A stretch of 32,000 nucleotides of DNA from Raphidiopsis brookii D9 (lineage in GTDB: Bacteria; Cyanobacteriota; Cyanobacteriia; Cyanobacteriales; Nostocaceae): assembly GCA_000175855.1 (NCBI GenBank), contig ACYB01000035.1, positions 120,001 to 152,000 on the forward strand. Direction: 5' to 3'. The position numbers and the translations under genes were made by a program. Shown here piece after piece: positions 20,588-29,533 of this stretch. Under the pieces are notes generated by a model. It ran no database searches, had not been told where the DNA came from, and saw only the letters and a program-made list of their open reading frames with translations. Within the stretch, counting starts at the first letter, position 1; the number at the start of each line of letters is the position of its first letter.

Positions 20588-22084
20588 ATGCAATCCATAG
20601 ATCTACGTACTCAGCAAAATTTAGAAAAATCCTATACTCGTGAAGATTGGCAACAGGGATATGAGTCCCTGAAAGAAGAGTATGACTATTGGATTGACGA
20701 GGTAGAAGGTGAAATACCCAAAGAGCTGGAAGGGACAGTTTTTAGAAATGGTCCTGGGTTATTAGATATCAACGGACAAAGAATACATCATCCCTTTGAT
20801 GGTGATGGGATGATTAGTCAAATTGTATTTAGTCAAGGTCGAGCCCACTTCCGGAATCGATTTGTACAGACTGAGGGTTATTTGGCGGAAAAGAAAGCGG
20901 GTAGAATTCTTTATCGCGGAGTGTTTGGAACCCAAAAACCTGGTGGTTGGTTAGCTAATATACTGGACTTTAAGACCAAGAATATTGCCAATACAAATGT
21001 TATTTACTGGGGTAAAAAACTACTGGCATTGTGGGAAGCAGCGGAACCTTATTCATTAAATCCTTATACCTTAGAAACCTTGGGCAAAGAATATTTTAAT
21101 CATGGTTTATCATCAGGAGAAGCTTTCAGTGCCCATCCCCGCGTAGATCCCCAGGGCAAACTGGTTAACTTTGCCATTGAACCAGGAATAAAAACAAAGA
21201 TTACAATTTTTGAACTCAACCAAGATGCTGAAGTGGTAAGTAAGCAGAATCATAAAATTGATGGTTTTTGCTTCATTCATGATTTTGTTATTACGGAAAA
21301 TTATTGTATATTCTTCCAAAACCCCCTCAGTTTTAACCCCATTCCTTTTGCCTTGGGACAAGTTGGTGCAGCACAATGTATTAAACCGGAAAAAAATCTC
21401 CCTACGAAAATTATTCTCATTCCCCGTCAGCACAGTCCCATGGTCTCTTCGGGAGTAAAAGTTTTAGAAACCACAGCAGGGTTTATTTTTCACCATGCTA
21501 ATGGTTTTGAAATAGACCATAAAATTATTGTTGATTCTATCTGCTATGACTCCCTATCCTTAACAGACATTGAAAGCAATCAAGATTACCGACAAACAAA
21601 CTTTGATGCGATCGCCCCTGGAAAGTTATGGAGATTTGAGCTAGATTTATTGCAGAAAAAAGTGACAGCCAAATTAATAAATGATCGGGCCTGTGAATTT
21701 CCTGCTATTCATCCGGATCACGTAAGCAGACCTTACCGTTATTTATACATGAGTGCTGCTCATAATCCCCGGGGAAATGCTCCTTTACAAGCCATTTTAA
21801 AAATTGATTTAGAATCGGGGAAACAACAGATTTGGAGTGCAGCACCGAGGGGTTTCATGGGTGAGCCCATCTTTATTCCCCATCCTCATGGTCAAGAAGA
21901 AGATGCAGGATGGATTGTGGGCTTGGTTTATAATGCAGAACATCACCGTTCATATATAGTAATTTTAGATGCTAATGACCTAGAAAAGGGAACAATAGCT
22001 AAATTACATTTAAAGCATCATATTCCCCATGCACTACATGGTAGTTTTACAAGGGATGTGTTATTAAATAACATAGACCCGTAG
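20588..22084 (+). CDS. Carotenoid oxygenase family (carotenoid cleavage dioxygenase)
   Basis: 498 aa with EGTVFRNGPGLLDINGQRIHHPFDGDGMI, FCFIHDFVITENY, HHANGFE, EFPAIHPDHVSRPYRYLYM, PHALHGSF. Confidence 0.92.
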   Translation: MQSIDLRTQQNLEKSYTREDWQQGYESLKEEYDYWIDEVEGEIPKELEGTVFRNGPGLLDINGQRIHHPFDGDGMISQIVFSQGRAHFRNRFVQTEGYLAEKKAGRILYRGVFGTQKPGGWLANILDFKTKNIANTNVIYWGKKLLALWEAAEPYSLNPYTLETLGKEYFNHGLSSGEAFSAHPRVDPQGKLVNFAIEPGIKTKITIFELNQDAEVVSKQNHKIDGFCFIHDFVITENYCIFFQNPLSFNPIPFALGQVGAAQCIKPEKNLPTKIILIPRQHSPMVSSGVKVLETTAGFIFHHANGFEIDHKIIVDSICYDSLSLTDIESNQDYRQTNFDAIAPGKLWRFELDLLQKKVTAKLINDRACEFPAIHPDHVSRPYRYLYMSAAHNPRGNAPLQAILKIDLESGKQQIWSAAPRGFMGEPIFIPHPHGQEEDAGWIVGLVYNAEHHRSYIVILDANDLEKGTIAKLHLKHHIPHALHGSFTRDVLLNNIDP

Positions 22085-22222
22085 TACTAATACTAAATCA
22101 TACTAAATCAAATGGTCGCGGTAGGACAAATAGGATGGCTACAATCTCACCGGACAAACCAAAAACTTATCCTCAGCTATTGTACAATACAAGAAAATAT
22201 TTAAATTATCAAAACTGATCCA

Positions 22223-22597
22223 ATGACCAAGCTTAACTCAGAACTTAACACAAAATCCAGTGATAAAAGCTTAGAAGCAATGCATCACTTTTCAGAACAG
22301 TACGCCAAAAGGACTGGAACATATTTTTGTTCAGACCCATCCGTGACAGCAGTGGTCATTGAAGGTTTAGCAAAGCACAAAGATGATTTAGGTGCACCAT
22401 TGTGTCCTTGTCGTCATTATGAAGACAAAGAAGCGGAAGTTAGCGCTGCCTATTGGAATTGTCCTTGTGTACCAATGCGGGAGCGCAAAGAATGCCACTG
22501 TATGCTTTTCTTGACTCCTGACAACGAATTTGCCGGGAAAAACTTACAAGAAATTCCCGTGGAAACCATTAAAGAAGTACGAGACAGTATGGGATAA
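22223..22597 (+). CDS. ftrC: Ferredoxin:thioredoxin reductase catalytic subunit
   Basis: 124 aa with FCSDPSVTAVVIEGLAKHK, LCPCRHY, NCPCVPMRERKECHCMLFL (CPC/CPC/CHC motifs). Confidence 0.95.
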   Translation: MTKLNSELNTKSSDKSLEAMHHFSEQYAKRTGTYFCSDPSVTAVVIEGLAKHKDDLGAPLCPCRHYEDKEAEVSAAYWNCPCVPMRERKECHCMLFLTPDNEFAGKNLQEIPVETIKEVRDSMG

Positions 22598-22603
22598 TTT
22601 CCG

Positions 22604-23008
22604 ATGAATGGAAATCAACCAGAGGAATTTTGGCTAGGTGTAGAACAGTTCAATGCTGGACAGTTCTACGCCTGTCATGATATCCTGGAAGCACTGTGGA
22701 TAGAAGCAACAGGACCAGAAAAAACCCTGTATCAGGGAATTTTACAAATTGCTGTGGCCTTATATCATCTGGAAAATAGCAACTTGCGAGGAGCAATGAT
22801 CCTGTTGGGTGAGGGTACGAATCGTTTACGTCGTCTCGCTGATGATAACAATTATGGGATTAATTTGGGCCAACTTTTAATTGATAGTGTGAACTTTTTA
22901 AGAGTCATTCAGCAGGGAAAACCAGAAGTAGTTTCAACAATGACTTTGCCTAAGATTGTCAGGTCAAATCCCCCAGATACTAATTCCAAAGTTAGCAAAA
23001 CTCCATAG
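22604..23008 (+). CDS. DUF309 family protein
   Basis: 134 aa with EQFNAGQFYACHDILEALWIEATGPEKTLYQGILQIAVALYHLENSNLRGA, typical of DUF309. Confidence 0.88.
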   Translation: MNGNQPEEFWLGVEQFNAGQFYACHDILEALWIEATGPEKTLYQGILQIAVALYHLENSNLRGAMILLGEGTNRLRRLADDNNYGINLGQLLIDSVNFLRVIQQGKPEVVSTMTLPKIVRSNPPDTNSKVSKTP

Positions 23009-23099
23009 TCGAGAAACTTTAATCAGCGGAAAACGTCGAATGTTTCATTGACAAGATCTAGACTGAAAGACCTACAATCAACTTTTATAATGTCCACCT

Positions 23100-23585
23100 A
23101 TGCTCAAGTCACAAATGCATCGTCTGGGATTGGCCATCATGCTCCCTGTAACTATCATTACGGTTACCCTAACAGGTAAGCTATCCACGGCCCAATCTTC
23201 TGGGGGAAATCGCCCATTGACCATCCGTGCTGACATTCAAGAATATGATGCCAAAACTCAAGTGATTACTGCTCGTGGTAATGTGCAGATGCTCTATCCT
23301 GCTCGTCAAATTCAAGCAACTGCTGCACAAGCCCAATATTTTAGCAAAGAACGTCGGATAGACTTTAGTGGTAATGTATATATTTTGCAACAAGGTAATA
23401 ATAGTATCAGAGCTGAAAAGGTCACCTATCTCATTGATGAGGGACGATTTATCGCCCTACCCCAATCTAACCGTCAAGTCGAATCAATTTATATGATAGG
23501 GGATGATGATTCGATTCAACCAACCAGCAGACCAACAACCAAACCAACTCCTAAGCGAGGTTCTAAAACTCGGTCTCCCCTCTGA
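23100..23585 (+). CDS. LptA/OstA-like LPS-transport protein
   Basis: 161 aa with signal-like N-terminus, ADIQEYDAKTQVITARGNVQMLYPARQIQATAAQAQYFSKERRIDFSGNVYI. It sits directly upstream of lptB. Confidence 0.85.
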   Translation: MLKSQMHRLGLAIMLPVTIITVTLTGKLSTAQSSGGNRPLTIRADIQEYDAKTQVITARGNVQMLYPARQIQATAAQAQYFSKERRIDFSGNVYILQQGNNSIRAEKVTYLIDEGRFIALPQSNRQVESIYMIGDDDSIQPTSRPTTKPTPKRGSKTRSPL

Positions 23586-23651
23586 TTACTGAACCAAGAA
23601 TCCCCGTAGGTACGGGGAGTGTCAATATTAATCATTGCAAGAGCAGCAATA

Positions 23652-24380
23652 GTGAAAATCTTTCTGGAAAATATTCACAAGTCCTACGGTAAAAGAGTAA
23701 TTGTCAATCGTGTTAGTCTTTCTGTATCTCAAGGTGAAATAGTTGGTTTGTTAGGGCCCAATGGTGCTGGTAAGACCACAACATTTTACATTGCTACAGG
23801 TTTAGAAAAACCAGATCAAGGTAAGGTATGGTTAGATGAACTAGATGTTACTTCCATGGCCATGCACAAGAGGGCTAGATTGGGTCTTGGCTATCTTGCA
23901 CAGGAAGCGAGTATTTTTCGTCAACTATCTGTAAAAGAAAATATACTTTTAGTACTGGAGCAAACCAATGTGCCAAGGCGAGAATGGTCTAGTAGATTAG
24001 GAGAACTATTAACAGAATTTCGCCTGCAAAAAGTTGTTAATAGTAAGGGTATTCAACTTTCTGGAGGTGAACGACGACGTACAGAGTTAGCTAGAGCGTT
24101 AGCAGCAGGTAGGGAGGGCCCGAAATTTCTGTTTTTGGATGAACCCTTTGCTGGGGTTGACCCCATCGCAGTGGCAGAAATTCAGCAAATTGTTGCCCGA
24201 TTGAGAGAGCGTGGTATGGGTATTTTAATCACTGACCACAATGTTAGAGAAACCCTGGCCATTACTGACAGAGCCTATATCATGCGGGAAGGACAAATCT
24301 TAGCCTTTGGCATTGCTGATGAGCTTTACAACAATCCTCTTGTGCGTCAATACTACCTAGGCAACCACTTTCTTGTTTAA
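23652..24380 (+). CDS. lptB: LPS export ABC transporter ATP-binding protein LptB
   Basis: Walker [11 protein letters not shown], signature [15 protein letters not shown], Walker [14 protein letters not shown]. The likely start is GTG at 23652 ([15 protein letters not shown]); the ORF track begins at 23619. Confidence 0.93.
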   Translation: MKIFLENIHKSYGKRVIVNRVSLSVSQGEIVGLLGPNGAGKTTTFYIATGLEKPDQGKVWLDELDVTSMAMHKRARLGLGYLAQEASIFRQLSVKENILLVLEQTNVPRREWSSRLGELLTEFRLQKVVNSKGIQLSGGERRRTELARALAAGREGPKFLFLDEPFAGVDPIAVAEIQQIVARLRERGMGILITDHNVRETLAITDRAYIMREGQILAFGIADELYNNPLVRQYYLGNHFLV

Positions 24381-24498
24381 AAGTAATTAAACTGATTATA
24401 TTAATAGTATAAAATTTACACTCCTTTTTAATATAGGCAAAACTAATTGAGAATAAATTAAAAACGGATTAAAAGTAAACTAAAAACAAAGTAATTTT

Positions 24499-25674
24499 AT
24501 GGATTATCATCAGACCAAACCATTTTATACGATTAACTCCCTGATGCCATTTTCTATTATGGATCGCTACTTGGCGATGCAGTTATTACCCATCTTTCTA
24601 TTTGGTGTTGGTGCTTTTACTTCCGTAGTCTTAGCCATTGACAGTTTATTTGAGTTGTTGCGCAAAGTAGTAGAATCCGGACTACCAATTAACATTGCAT
24701 TAAAAGTGTTTGTGCTGAAATTGCCCTATGTCATGGTTTATTCCTTTCCCATGTCTACTTTACTAGCAACTTTAATGACTTATAGCAAGTTATCCAGTGA
24801 CAGTGAACTGATAGCTTTAAGAGGATGTGGTGTGAGTGTTTATCGAATGGTACTAACAGCAGTTTTGCTAAGTGGTTTAGTTACTGGAATGACCTATGTA
24901 TTTAATGAATATATTTCCCCCGCAGCCAATTATGAAGCCAGTATTACTCTAGAACAGGCATTAAAATCAGATCAACCATCATTTAAACAAGAGAATATTT
25001 ATTATCCAGAATATCGAGAAGAAAAAACAAAAGATGGGGGTACTAGTAGACTATTAGCTCGCTTATTTTATGCTGATGAATTTGACGGCAAAAAAATGAA
25101 AGGACTAACAATTATTGATCGTTCTAAAGCGGGAGTAAATCAAATTGTTGTATCTGAATCTGCCCAATGGAATGCATATAAACAAGTTTGGGACTTTTAT
25201 AATGGTACTATTTATTTAGTCGCTCCTGATCGTTCCTATCGAAATATTTTGCGTTTTGAACATCAGCAATTAAAATTACCCAGCACACCTTTAATTGTGG
25301 CTAAAAATAGTCGAGACTATGAAGAAATGAATATTGCCCAATCATTACAACAACTAGAAATTGAAAAGTTAGCAGGTAATCCCCAAAGAATTAAAAAACT
25401 GGAGGTCAGAATTCAACAAAAAATAGCCTTTCCCTTTATTTGTATAATTTTTGGTTTAGTTGGGTCAGCTATGGGAACTATCCCCCAACGCACTGGTAGG
25501 GGAAGGAGTTTTGGTGTCAGCATTATAGTCATTTTTATTTATTATTTATTACTATCCGTTTGTGGAGCTTTAGCACAAGCAGAAATTTTATCTCCCTTTG
25601 TAGGTGCATGGTTACCCAATCTGTGTGGGTTAGGGATGGGAATTGTAATTCTTATGCAATTTTCCCAAAAGTAG
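24499..25674 (+). CDS. LptF/LptG (YjgP/YjgQ) family permease
   Basis: 391 aa with MDRYLAMQLLPIFLFGVGAF, TLLATLMTYSKLSSDSELIALRGCGVS, QQKIAFPFICIIFGLVGSAMG. Confidence 0.9.
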   Translation: MDYHQTKPFYTINSLMPFSIMDRYLAMQLLPIFLFGVGAFTSVVLAIDSLFELLRKVVESGLPINIALKVFVLKLPYVMVYSFPMSTLLATLMTYSKLSSDSELIALRGCGVSVYRMVLTAVLLSGLVTGMTYVFNEYISPAANYEASITLEQALKSDQPSFKQENIYYPEYREEKTKDGGTSRLLARLFYADEFDGKKMKGLTIIDRSKAGVNQIVVSESAQWNAYKQVWDFYNGTIYLVAPDRSYRNILRFEHQQLKLPSTPLIVAKNSRDYEEMNIAQSLQQLEIEKLAGNPQRIKKLEVRIQQKIAFPFICIIFGLVGSAMGTIPQRTGRGRSFGVSIIVIFIYYLLLSVCGALAQAEILSPFVGAWLPNLCGLGMGIVILMQFSQK

Positions 25675-25693
25675 ATAAAGTAGATGGGAATGT

Positions 25694-28600
25694 TTAACGA
25701 TTGTGGTTTGAGCACACAACCCGAAAACCTAAGTTGTTCTTGTCAGAGAGGTGACGATTACGGGAACCACAACCACAGTGTTGAGCAGAATCACACCAAG
25801 AACCACCACGTAACACATGGCCGCGAAAAACACCAAAAATTCCCTTCTCAACCCATGGACTACTATCCTTTGGTATATCTTGGTAGTGATCATGCCAATG
25901 ATCTAAACACCATTCCCAAACGTTCCCGTGCATATCGTATAATCCAAATGGATTGGGAGGGAAACTTCCCACCTCCGTAGTTTGTTTGCGATATTGTCCT
26001 TGAGGTGCTAAACTTTGTTTATGGTCTCCATGATAGTTGACCAAATCTGTTGTAATATTGTCACCAAAATGAAATTCTGTGCTGGTTCCCCCCCTGCAAG
26101 CATATTCCCACTGTGCTTCACTGGGTAAGGTGTATATCCTTCCAGTAATCTGACTGAGTTTCTCGCAGAAATCAACTGCTTGATTCCACTTTACCCTTTC
26201 TACTGGACGTTTGTCACCCTTGAAATAAGAAGGGTTATCTCCAGTAACAGCTTGATATTGTTCTTGTGTTATCTCGTATTTTCCCATGAAAAAACTGGGC
26301 ACTGTGACTAAATGTTCAGCACTCTCCTCCGGGTTTCCCCGATTTTCAGCTGAGTTGATGGTAAATGTCCCTCCTGGAATTTCTACCATTTCTAGGGTGA
26401 TATCATCACCTAAATCCTCCACAAAGTATATGACACTAGCATCAGTTTTGATTATCTCTCCGAAATTTTTCTTACTAACTACTTCAAAGCTCAGGATTTT
26501 TAAGTTAAGGTAATTACGAAGTTTAATGGTCAGTGTTAATCCTCCCCTCTCCCAAAACTTGAGGTTTTCCCCTAGGTCTAAACTACCAAGATTTAAAGCT
26601 CGGTTAAAATCCTCTATTGCTCCCTGTCTATCTCCCAATTCGTAGCGAATGTTCCCTCTCTTGTTATACGCTTCAACATAATTTGAGTTAATGTTTAAAG
26701 CCTGATTGAAATCCTCTATTGCTCCCTGGTGATCTCCCAGCTCATAGCAAACAATTGCTCGATTGTTGTATGCTTCTGCATAATAAGGATTGATTTGGAT
26801 AGCTTGACTAAAATCATCTTTAGCCCATTCCCTATCTCCTAAATCTGTGTATGCAACCCCCCGATTGTTGTATGCTTGAGCGTAATTGGGGTTAATGTTT
26901 AAAGCCTGATTAAAATCTTCTATGGCTTTTTGCCTATTCCCCAATTCATAGCGTGCGTATCCCCTGTTAATATATGATTCCGTATAATTATAGGCAATTA
27001 TAATAGCTTGACTAAAATCTTCTATAGCCAATTGCCTCTCGCCCAAACAAATACGCACAATTCCCCTATTATTATAGGCTTGAGCATAGTTAGAGTTAAT
27101 ATTAACAGCGTGATTGAAATCCTCCATTGCTCCCTGATTATCCCTCAACTCATAGCGAACAATTCCCCTATTGTTATAAGCTTGAGCATAGTTGGGATTA
27201 ATATTAAGAGCATGATTGAAATCGTTAATTGCTCCCTGGTAATCTCCCAGCTCATAGCGAACAATTCCCCTATTGTTGTAAGCATCAGCATAACTAGCGT
27301 CAATATCCAGAGCATGATGGAAATCATTTATCGCTCCTTGACTATCTCCTAACTTATAAAGGGCAGTTCCTCTGCCAACATAGGTATCAGCACAATTAGG
27401 CTTAATTTCTATAGATCGGGTGTAATCATCTATTGCGCTCTGGTAGTTTCCTAAATCATAGTAAGCAATTCCCCGATTATAGTAGGCATCAGCATAATCA
27501 GGACTAATATTCAGGGCTTGAGTATAATCATCTATTGCCCTCTGATAATCTGCTATATCACTGCGAACAACTCCTCGATTGTTGTATATGTAAGCATAAT
27601 CAGGATTAAGATTCAGGGCCTGGGTATAATCATCTATTGCTCCCTGGTTGTCTCCCAACTCACTGCGGGTCAGTCCCCGTGCAATGTAGGTTTCAGGATC
27701 ATCAGGGTTAATATTGAGTGCTTGAGTGTAATTATTTACGGCTCCTGGCTTATCTCCCAGTTCACTACAAACCATTCCCCAAGCGTAGTAGGCTTGATCA
27801 TAATTAGGATTAATATTGAGTGCTTGAGTATAATCATCTACCGCCCCTTGTTTATCTCCTAAGCTAGTGCGAGCAATTCCTCGGTTGTAGTAGGCTTGAG
27901 CATAGTTAGGATTAATATTGAGTGCTTGAGTATAATCATCTATTGCTCCTTGTTTATCTCCTAGGTTAAAACGAGCAATTCCCCGACCGTAGTAGGCCTG
28001 GGCATAGTTAGGATTAATATTGAGTGCTTGAGTATAATCATCTATTGCTCCCTGGTTGTCTTCCAAGTTAATACGGGTAGTTCCCCAGTTGTGATAAACT
28101 TCCGCATAGTTGGAATCAACTCTTAAAGCTTGAATGTAATCATCTATTGCTCCTTGATAATTTCCCAAGTAAGTACGAATAGCTCCCCGATTATTATATG
28201 CTTGGGCATAATTGGGATCAATTTTGATAGCTTGGGTGTAATCATCCATGGCCGCCTTTTGAGAACCCAGGTCACTACGAATTATGCCCCGGTTATAATA
28301 GGCACTAGCAAATTTAGGATTAAGATTCAAGCTGTGGGTATAGTCGTCTATTGCTCCCTGCTTATCTCCTAATTGACTGCGAGCAACACCTCGATTGTGG
28401 TATGCTTGGGCATAATTAGGATTAATTCTAATTGTCTGGTTAAAATCATTGATAGCTTCTTGATAGTTTCTTAGGTCACAGTAAACAAGTCCTCTAGCAG
28501 CATAACCATCAGCAAAGTGGGGATTTATCGTGATAACCTGATTAAAATCATCTATTGCTCCCTGCTTATCCCCTAAATCATATCGAGCAAGTCCCCGTTT

Positions 28601-29533
28601 AGTATAAGCATCAAAAAAAGCAGAATTAAGGTGAAGGGTTTGGTTAAAATCCTCTATTGCTTTTTGAAGATACCCCATGTCCCTATGGGCGACTCCGCGA
28701 CTATAAGCAGCTAAAGCAAGATTAGGATTAATATCAAGAGCTTGGTTAAAATCATCTATTGCTCCTTGCCCATCTCCCAAATTGGTCCGGGCAATTCCCC
28801 GTTCCATATATGGCTGAGGCAGGTTAGAATTAATACTTATGGACTGGGTAAAATCATTTATTGCCCCCCGATTATCTCCTAAGTCGCTGCGGGCAATTCC
28901 TCGGCAAAGGTAGGTATGGGCATTCTCTTCCAGATCAATTTCTAAAACTGCCTGATTGCCTAGGGAAATAATAGTGTCAGTCTGTCTTGGTGATAGGGTG
29001 CTAGAGATAACCTGTAGTTGTGCCAAATGAAGTGAAAATGTGGCTAATGCCTGTTCAAATTCAGTTTCTACATGTTGCAATGTTTCCAATTCTGTCCTAT
29101 AATCAACTGGATCGGGAGGAGATATAAAAGGATTGGGGGTAAAAGTGGTGTTTCCACCAAATGTGCGATGAAACCAGATAGCTAACTCCCTAGCTATCTT
29201 TAATATGGTCAAAGCCTGACTAGGATCACTAGTATGCTCATAGGTAGCTCTATCACTAACAACCCTGACTTGATGGAATAGGAGGGCTACCTTTTGTGGT
29301 AGGATTCCTTTTAGCTCTAATTGGCGCAATAGATCTGTTTGGTTTTCAACAGTGGAATGGAAGTTTCCCGTTCTAGCAGCAATTAATTGAGTTAAGAGTT
29401 GGCCAAAGTAGCACAATTTAACTAAACAAGTTTTGGGTTGATTCCACACATAGCCCTCAGCTAAAACACTAAGACGTAATAACTGTAAATCATGGGATTG
29501 CAAAAATTGGAAATTAACAGATGCTGTTATCAT
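25694..29533 (-). CDS. Multidomain protein: HsdR-type N-terminal (DUF4145-like) domain, 23 TPR units, C-terminal FGE-sulfatase-like domain
   Basis: Intact 1279-aa ORF. N-terminus: FLQSHDLQLLRLSVLAEGY...KTCLVKLCYFGQLLTQLIAARTG...ARELAIWFHRTFGG. 23 back-to-back 34-aa TPRs. C-terminus: MVEIPGGTF..., PVERVKWNQAVDFCEKLS, RIYTLPSEAQWEYACRGG, GLYDMHGNVWEWCLDHW, VLRGGSW, LGFRVV. Confidence 0.93.
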   Translation of the reverse strand: MITASVNFQFLQSHDLQLLRLSVLAEGYVWNQPKTCLVKLCYFGQLLTQLIAARTGNFHSTVENQTDLLRQLELKGILPQKVALLFHQVRVVSDRATYEHTSDPSQALTILKIARELAIWFHRTFGGNTTFTPNPFISPPDPVDYRTELETLQHVETEFEQALATFSLHLAQLQVISSTLSPRQTDTIISLGNQAVLEIDLEENAHTYLCRGIARSDLGDNRGAINDFTQSISINSNLPQPYMERGIARTNLGDGQGAIDDFNQALDINPNLALAAYSRGVAHRDMGYLQKAIEDFNQTLHLNSAFFDAYTKRGLARYDLGDKQGAIDDFNQVITINPHFADGYAARGLVYCDLRNYQEAINDFNQTIRINPNYAQAYHNRGVARSQLGDKQGAIDDYTHSLNLNPKFASAYYNRGIIRSDLGSQKAAMDDYTQAIKIDPNYAQAYNNRGAIRTYLGNYQGAIDDYIQALRVDSNYAEVYHNWGTTRINLEDNQGAIDDYTQALNINPNYAQAYYGRGIARFNLGDKQGAIDDYTQALNINPNYAQAYYNRGIARTSLGDKQGAVDDYTQALNINPNYDQAYYAWGMVCSELGDKPGAVNNYTQALNINPDDPETYIARGLTRSELGDNQGAIDDYTQALNLNPDYAYIYNNRGVVRSDIADYQRAIDDYTQALNISPDYADAYYNRGIAYYDLGNYQSAIDDYTRSIEIKPNCADTYVGRGTALYKLGDSQGAINDFHHALDIDASYADAYNNRGIVRYELGDYQGAINDFNHALNINPNYAQAYNNRGIVRYELRDNQGAMEDFNHAVNINSNYAQAYNNRGIVRICLGERQLAIEDFSQAIIIAYNYTESYINRGYARYELGNRQKAIEDFNQALNINPNYAQAYNNRGVAYTDLGDREWAKDDFSQAIQINPYYAEAYNNRAIVCYELGDHQGAIEDFNQALNINSNYVEAYNKRGNIRYELGDRQGAIEDFNRALNLGSLDLGENLKFWERGGLTLTIKLRNYLNLKILSFEVVSKKNFGEIIKTDASVIYFVEDLGDDITLEMVEIPGGTFTINSAENRGNPEESAEHLVTVPSFFMGKYEITQEQYQAVTGDNPSYFKGDKRPVERVKWNQAVDFCEKLSQITGRIYTLPSEAQWEYACRGGTSTEFHFGDNITTDLVNYHGDHKQSLAPQGQYRKQTTEVGSFPPNPFGLYDMHGNVWEWCLDHWHDHYQDIPKDSSPWVEKGIFGVFRGHVLRGGSWCDSAQHCGCGSRNRHLSDKNNLGFRVVCSNHNR
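26579..28924 (-). repeat. 23 contiguous 102-bp repeats encoding 34-aa TPR units
   Basis: Counted manually from the translation (residues 204-985), consensus YAQAYYNRGIARxxLGDxQGAIDDYTQALNINPN. 2346 bp = 23 x 102. Confidence 0.9.

Noticed and set aside
25684-25980. Plus-strand 98-aa ORF opposite the FGE domain
   Set aside because: It lies wholly antisense to a strongly supported coding region and has no recognisable family motif.
27008-28372. Plus-strand ORFs across the TPR array (27008..27352, 27518..27862, 28130..28372) with repetitive Ile/Ser-rich translations
   Set aside because: They are antisense shadows of the 102-bp TPR repeats; their periodicity comes entirely from the minus-strand gene.
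26579-28924. Regular repeat array that could superficially suggest CRISPR
   Set aside because: The 102-bp units are all in-frame TPR coding sequence, with no short conserved repeat plus unique spacer structure.
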